Of a stretch of 64,000 bases of DNA, positions 59,749-64,000 are shown piece by piece. The DNA is from Candidatus Firestoneibacteriota bacterium. Lineage in GTDB: Bacteria; Oederibacteriota; D2-FULL-39-29; JBBTED01. The stretch is from contig JBBTED010000048.1 in NCBI GenBank assembly GCA_038042445.1, positions 3,663 through 67,662 on the forward strand. Direction: 5' to 3'. Each line of letters opens with the position of its first letter. Positions within the stretch are counted from its first letter, which is position 1. A model generated the notes under the pieces. It had not been told where the DNA came from and ran no database searches. It was given only the letters and a program-made list of their open reading frames with translations. The position numbers and the translations under genes are program-made.

Positions 59749-60846
59749 TTAAAATCCAATCGCTACACCTGCACCCCATACATTATAATCCTCTTTCGCA
59801 TCATTTTGATAATCATGTCGCCTAACCTGAATTTTAATTTGTGACATCCATGGAATTATATGATAAGCTATACCGATTGTTCCTTCAGCTTCCTTATCAT
59901 CTGAGTTATCAACATTTGGGTCATAGAGTTCATATCGCACATAAGGTGTAATTTTTCCTACAGTATAATACGCATCTACATAACCTGCTGAAAAATCTAC
60001 ATCTTTTGAACCATCTATATTCTTTGTTCCACTTATTGCGAATTCAGTTTTCACAACCAAATCTTCCATTCCCAATTCAATTCCGGGGATAATAGTAATT
60101 TGAGATTTCCACACAGGTGTTGCAGGTGTGCCGGAATTAAATTCATCCATATAGAATGATACAATCGGAGTTGCTTTAAATAAAAGTACCGGTGTAAGCA
60201 TTATTCTTCCACCAACAGCTTTATGGTTGTTATCATCTACATAATCAATAAAAGTCTTACCGTTAGTATAAAAAACATCATAAGCAAAATTTAATACGTC
60301 TGAATCATAATTGCCCCCTATCCATAAACCCTGAGCATATCGTTGATAAAATATAGCATCAGACATAGGATCCGCAGTAGTACTGTATTTTTTATACACA
60401 GATTCTCTTGGAATTTTTAAATATGGAGATACAGGCAATGCATAGAAAAGCTGGTTCTGAAATCCTATGGGAGCAAAAAATTTTCCTGCCCGGACATTTA
60501 AAGATTCAATAATAGAATACTCCGCATAAGCTTTGGACAACGCAATTTCACCACTTGACCGTTTATTCAACGTTTTGCTACCATCACTACTTAAGCTAAT
60601 ATCAAAATAACCAGCATGTTCCCAATCAATTTGTCCTATTAACCTCATATTTTCATCAATATTTATAGTAGAAATTGTTGACAAAACAAAAGTATCAAAA
60701 GAACCATAACTGCCGGAAACTGTCGAATCTTCGTAATTTGTTCCAAAGTATCCATTCCACGTCCATTCTGCTGATTCACCAATTGCTACTGCAAAAACGA
60801 ACAAAAACAAAAATGCAATTTTTACTGTTAATAAATTTTTAAACAT
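59749..60846 (-). CDS. Outer-membrane porin-like beta-barrel
   Basis: Signal peptide; alternating beta pattern; KAYAEY..VRAGKFFAPIG; terminal GVAIGF. Confidence 0.7.
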   Translation of the reverse strand: MFKNLLTVKIAFLFLFVFAVAIGESAEWTWNGYFGTNYEDSTVSGSYGSFDTFVLSTISTINIDENMRLIGQIDWEHAGYFDISLSSDGSKTLNKRSSGEIALSKAYAEYSIIESLNVRAGKFFAPIGFQNQLFYALPVSPYLKIPRESVYKKYSTTADPMSDAIFYQRYAQGLWIGGNYDSDVLNFAYDVFYTNGKTFIDYVDDNNHKAVGGRIMLTPVLLFKATPIVSFYMDEFNSGTPATPVWKSQITIIPGIELGMEDLVVKTEFAISGTKNIDGSKDVDFSAGYVDAYYTVGKITPYVRYELYDPNVDNSDDKEAEGTIGIAYHIIPWMSQIKIQVRRHDYQNDAKEDYNVWGAGVAIGF

Positions 60847-61387
60847 TTTGTTTGCGCCTCCTGCACATTGTAAAACACAGGCTAAAGCCTGCGACTATAA
60901 CATTTTCGTTAATAGTCTCAGATTTGTTTTTTTTACTTTTTCTCACATCTACATTTATTACTTCAATACCTTCTTCTTTATTTGTTAAATCACTATCCCA
61001 AATATACCCAATTGCCCCTTCATTCTCTGAAATATATTTTATAATATCTTTCCCTTCTCCTATAACTTTTGGAGCCACACTACCTTCAGCAAAAACTTTT
61101 TTCACCCAATAGCTTTGGTATGCATTCTCTGTGACATCAGCAAATTTTTTAAGAAATTGCAAAAATAGTTCTTTATCTTTTGAATGCACGGGAATGAATT
61201 TAACAGAGCCTTCAGATTTTGTTTTCCCAAAATATATATTTTTTAGCTTTGTAGTATCAATTTCTTTACCTGAAAGAGATTTTTTATTTACAATAATAAC
61301 TATTTTTCCATTTTTTTCTGCCTGAATCATAGTAATTGCCTGAAATATTAAACAATAACCAATAAATAAAAATAATATCTTTTTCAT
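60839..61387 (-). CDS. Small exported protein resembling a single-lobe substrate-binding domain
   Basis: Signal peptide; IVIIVNK..LKNIYFGK; YWVKKVFAEG..P; IKYISENEGAIGYI. Confidence 0.65.
   Translation of the reverse strand: MKKILFLFIGYCLIFQAITMIQAEKNGKIVIIVNKKSLSGKEIDTTKLKNIYFGKTKSEGSVKFIPVHSKDKELFLQFLKKFADVTENAYQSYWVKKVFAEGSVAPKVIGEGKDIIKYISENEGAIGYIWDSDLTNKEEGIEVINVDVRKSKKNKSETINENVIVAGFSLCFTMCRRRKQNV
60878..60897. repeat. Type A REP half element inside the 3' end of 60839..61387
   Basis: CAGGCTAAAGCCTGCGACTA; encodes IVAGFSL. Confidence 0.8.
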
Positions 61388-61450
61388 TTTTAATCCCTCC
61401 AGTCCCTAAATCGTATTGTAAAAAGTTTTGCAATTATTTTATAATAGTCT

Positions 61451-61522
61451 GTAGGGCAAGGCTTCGGGGTACCCACTTTAGTGGGTCGTGCAAAAGTATG
61501 CAAACCTAAAGGTTTGCCCTAC
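61451..61522. repeat. Type B REP doublet with altered left arm
   Basis: GTAGGGCAAGGCTT-CGGGGTACCCACTTTAGTGGGTCG-TGC...GCAAACCTAAAGGTTTGCCCTAC. Confidence 0.8.
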
Positions 61523-61616
61523 AATGAATCACAATATTGAGCCGTCACTTTTTAATGCCTGACTTCCACCACCGCATCCAATAAAAGATATTGCAAAAAC
61601 CCATCCCCTACTTTTG

Positions 61617-61643
61617 CAAGGTTTTTTCGCTTAAAAAACCTTG
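61617..61643. terminator. Perfect 11-bp hairpin downstream of oppF, possible terminator
   Basis: CAAGGTTTTTT-cgctt-AAAAAACCTTG, about 100 nt past the oppF stop; AT-rich stem is atypical. Confidence 0.35.
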
Positions 61644-61744
61644 ATTTTATTGAATTTTCTATTTTTATTACCCATATTTTTAACAAAGTCCTGCTCCTTA
61701 ATACAAATTATATGTTTTATTTGGAATAAATGTCAAGTTCAAAA

Positions 61745-62692
61745 CTACTGAATTAAATGGCAGGAAACATAGTGGCATGGTTCTATTTCTCTTAAAGATG
61801 GTTCAGAATTGGTGCAAATTTCGTTCTTTATGTAGCAGCGAGGATGAAATCTGCATCCTTTTGGAAAGTCAAATGGGCTTGGAGGATCTCCCTGAAGTCT
61901 GATTCTATTCAACCTTGCTCCCGGTACACCTTTTGGAACTGCTGATATTAAAGCTTTTGTGTAAGGATGAAGTGCTGTTTGTGATAAATTTATACCTTCT
62001 TCAATAATTTTTCCAAGATACATAACTGCAACCCTATTACATATCTGTTCAACAATTCTTAAATCATGAGAAATAAAAAGATAGCTTAAATTAAATTTCT
62101 CTTGAAGTTCAAATAACAATTTAATTATCTGTGCCTGTATTAATACATCTAAAGAAGAAACAGGTTCATCTGCAACTATAAATTTAGGGGTTGAAGCAAT
62201 AGCTCTTGCAATACAAATTCTTTGCCTTTGCCCTCCACTAAACTCATGAGGATATTTATAATAGTCTTCTTTTTGTAATCCAACTATTTCCAAAAGATGG
62301 ACAACCTTTTCATAAATCATTTTGTTCTCACATAACTTATGGATTTCAAGTATTTCACCTATTGCTTCACCTATACGGATTCTTGGATTCAAAGATGCAT
62401 AAGGATTTTGAAATATCATCTGCATTTGGACACGAATTTTTTTTAATTCGCGTTCAGAAATATTTAAAATATTCGTGCCTTCAAAAAATATTTCACCAGA
62501 TGACGGCTCAATTAATCTTAGAATTGACTTTCCAAGTGTTGTTTTTCCGCATCCGCTTTCTCCAACTAATCCTAAAGTTTCACCATGTAATACTTTAAGA
62601 CTTACTCCATCAACTGCACATAAAATATTTTTGTGTGTTTGAAATGGGTTTTGTATTTTAAAATATTTTTTTAAGTTTTTAATTTCTAACAT
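61745..62692 (-). CDS. oppF: Oligopeptide/dipeptide ABC ATPase (OppF/DppF)
   Basis: GESGCGKT, FSGGQRQR, GCRFHPRC..C..SCH tail. Confidence 0.92.
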   Translation of the reverse strand: MLEIKNLKKYFKIQNPFQTHKNILCAVDGVSLKVLHGETLGLVGESGCGKTTLGKSILRLIEPSSGEIFFEGTNILNISERELKKIRVQMQMIFQNPYASLNPRIRIGEAIGEILEIHKLCENKMIYEKVVHLLEIVGLQKEDYYKYPHEFSGGQRQRICIARAIASTPKFIVADEPVSSLDVLIQAQIIKLLFELQEKFNLSYLFISHDLRIVEQICNRVAVMYLGKIIEEGINLSQTALHPYTKALISAVPKGVPGARLNRIRLQGDPPSPFDFPKGCRFHPRCYIKNEICTNSEPSLREIEPCHYVSCHLIQ

Positions 62693-62709
62693 TTTTTTAC
62701 TATTTTTTC

Positions 62710-62733
62710 CGCAGGCTAAAGCCTGCGACTACC
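62710..62733. repeat. Type A REP half element
   Basis: CGCAGGCTAAAGCCTGCGACTACC. Confidence 0.85.
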
Positions 62734-62751
62734 TTTCATTTTTTGTAAAAG

Positions 62752-62873
62752 CTCACTGAACACCATTCCGCTTCATTGTCATTCCCAACTCGATTGGGAA
62801 TCCAGTGTCTTACTTTTAAAACGACTCTGGATTCCCGATTACTACATTCGGGAATGACACGTGTTTCAGTGAG
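62752..62873. mobile_element. MITE-like composite with CTCACTGAAC ends enclosing a GTC-type REP doublet, overlapping the oppD 3' end
   Basis: CTCACTGAACAC ... GTGTTTCAGTGAG; inside TGTCATTCCCAACTCGATTGGGAATCCAG / CTGGATTCCCGATTACTACATTCGGGAATGACA. Confidence 0.65.
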
Positions 62874-63670
62874 GATTCACCCTTTTTCTTACCTAATCTT
62901 GGCATAGCTTCAAGCAATTTAATTGTATATGGGTGTTTAGGATTATTAAATATTTCCTGGACACTTGCCTGTTCTACAATTTTTCCTGCATTCATTATAG
63001 CTACAGTATCACAAATTTCTGCAACTATTCCTAAATCATGTGTTATCAAAAGAATAGAAAGTAACATTGTTTTATTCAATTCAAGTAGCAAATTCAAAAT
63101 TTGCGCCTGAATTGTTACATCTAATGCTGTTGTTGGCTCATCTGCAATTAACAGTTTTGGGTTACCTGCAAGTGCCATTGCTATCATAACACGTTGGCAC
63201 ATACCACCACTTAAATTATGCGGATAATCCTGAATTCTTTGCCTTGGTGAAGAAATACCAACAATTGCAAGTAATTCCAAAACTTTATCTTGCACTTTTT
63301 CTTTACTAATATTCGTATGAAAACGTAAAACTTCTGCAATTTGATCGCCTATTGTAAATATAGGATTTAATGATGAAACTGGCTCTTGAAATATCATAGC
63401 TATATCTTTTCCGCGAATTTTTTGCATCTCATTTTCAGAAATAGTGCATAAATTTTTGTTTTCAAATATAATATTCCCGTTTATTATTTTTCCTGGTGGA
63501 GAAGGAACTAATCGCATAATGGATAAAGCAGTCATTGTTTTTCCACTTCCGGATTCACCAACTAACCCTAATTTTTCGCCTTTTGATATAGAAAAACTAA
63601 TATCATCAACAGCTTTTATTATCCCCTGTTGTGTATAAAGATATGTTTTTAAATTTTCTACTTTAAGCAT
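62816..63670 (-). CDS. oppD: Oligopeptide/dipeptide ABC ATPase (OppD/DppD), short C-terminus
   Basis: [29 protein letters not shown]; no Cys-rich tail. Confidence 0.9.
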   Translation of the reverse strand: MLKVENLKTYLYTQQGIIKAVDDISFSISKGEKLGLVGESGSGKTMTALSIMRLVPSPPGKIINGNIIFENKNLCTISENEMQKIRGKDIAMIFQEPVSSLNPIFTIGDQIAEVLRFHTNISKEKVQDKVLELLAIVGISSPRQRIQDYPHNLSGGMCQRVMIAMALAGNPKLLIADEPTTALDVTIQAQILNLLLELNKTMLLSILLITHDLGIVAEICDTVAIMNAGKIVEQASVQEIFNNPKHPYTIKLLEAMPRLGKKKGESSLKHVSFPNVVIGNPESF

Positions 63671-63697
63671 ATATATTTATTTTTTAAAATTTTCTTT

Positions 63698-63772
63698 GTA
63701 GTGGTAGTCGCAAGCTTTAGCTTGCGGTATTGTTTTTCAGCATTTTACCGCAGGTTAAAGCCTGCGACTACC
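63698..63772. repeat. Type A REP doublet
   Basis: GTAGTGGTAGTCGCAAGCTTTAGCTTGCG...CGCAGGTTAAAGCCTGCGACTACC. Confidence 0.88.
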
Positions 63773-63791
63773 TTTATGACAAAGTCTGAAT

Positions 63792-63811
63792 GCCCATAAA
63801 TGGGCAACTAC
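63792..63811. repeat. Type D REP half element
   Basis: GCCCATAAATGGGCAACTAC. Confidence 0.7.
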
Positions 63812-63819
63812 AAATTTAT

Positions 63820-64000
63820 TTATTCAATCAAACGTGGGTCAAGGGCATCACGTAAACCATCACCAAGCAAGTTATAAGAAAGAACTGTAACAAATATTGC
63901 AATGCCTGGAAATGCTGTAAGCCACCATGCTGTTTCAATATAATCCTTTCCTGCATATAAAATATTTCCCCAGCTTGCAGATGGAGGCTGAACTCCAAGC
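63820..64000 (-). CDS. oppC: ABC permease OppC/DppC, C-terminal part (5' end outside window)
   Basis: Hand translation LGVQPPSASWGNIL..AWW..FPG..YNLLGDGLRDALDPRLIE*. Confidence 0.92.
   Translation of the reverse strand, partial: LGVQPPSASWGNILYAGKDYIETAWWLTAFPGIAIFVTVLSYNLLGDGLRDALDPRLIE

Noticed and set aside
61523-61600. GGAAGTCAGG on the minus strand resembling part of a cobalamin or c-di-GMP-II riboswitch
   Set aside because: The other required elements (B12 box context, pseudoknot partner) were not found; an Infernal scan would be needed.
842-63638. Many antisense or nested ORFs in the track (e.g. 7772..8218, 8812..9318, 9552..10064, 14831..15604, 32911..33387, 33430..33966, 34843..35394, 55191..55730, 56049..56504)
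   Set aside because: They lie opposite or within well-supported genes, lack RBS or motifs, and have the Ser/Ile/Phe-rich composition of shadow frames.
11609-63811. Palindromic repeats as a CRISPR array
   Set aside because: They are dispersed inverted doublets, not regularly spaced direct repeats with unique spacers, and no cas genes are present.
1-64000. Stop-codon recoding or selenoproteins
   Set aside because: Conserved genes are full length under the standard bacterial code, and all three stop codons are used as terminators.

Overview
AT-rich bacterial window from a diderm organism (LptD-like, TolC-like and porin genes). From left to right: (i) 1-6.4 kb, a minus-strand defence/modification island. 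It holds a LexA-like repressor, TIR, an orphan 182-aa protein and a second TIR, then a separately promoted operon of type III Mod-like MTase, TcmP-like protein and radical-SAM protein. (ii) A Phd/RelE toxin-antitoxin pair coupled to a CcdA-thioredoxin fusion and tadB/tadC. (iii) A CsgG/FlgT-like protein and two tandem paralogous lipoproteins. (iv) Core genes guaB, guaA, dnaE, lptD-like, an inserted type II R-M pair, TPM/NTase/lemA, and rpmH-rnpA-yidD-yidC-jag-mnmE. (v) A heavy-metal RND efflux operon preceded by a Cys-rich small ORF, plus proC and yggS. (vi) An AraC-linked sulfatase/sugar catabolism locus, and queF. (vii) A porin/binding-protein/two-component cascade ending in a GspE/PilB ATPase, and opp ABC genes. 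Intergenic DNA is rich in GTAG- and GTC-tagged REP-like palindromes and MITE-like composites. Some are nested in each other and some have entered coding sequences. No rRNA, tRNA, CRISPR array, integrase or transposase was recognised. The best candidate for an undescribed system is the LexA-TIR-orphan-TIR operon, followed by the Mod-TcmP-radical SAM operon. All family assignments come from motifs read by eye, not from database searches.
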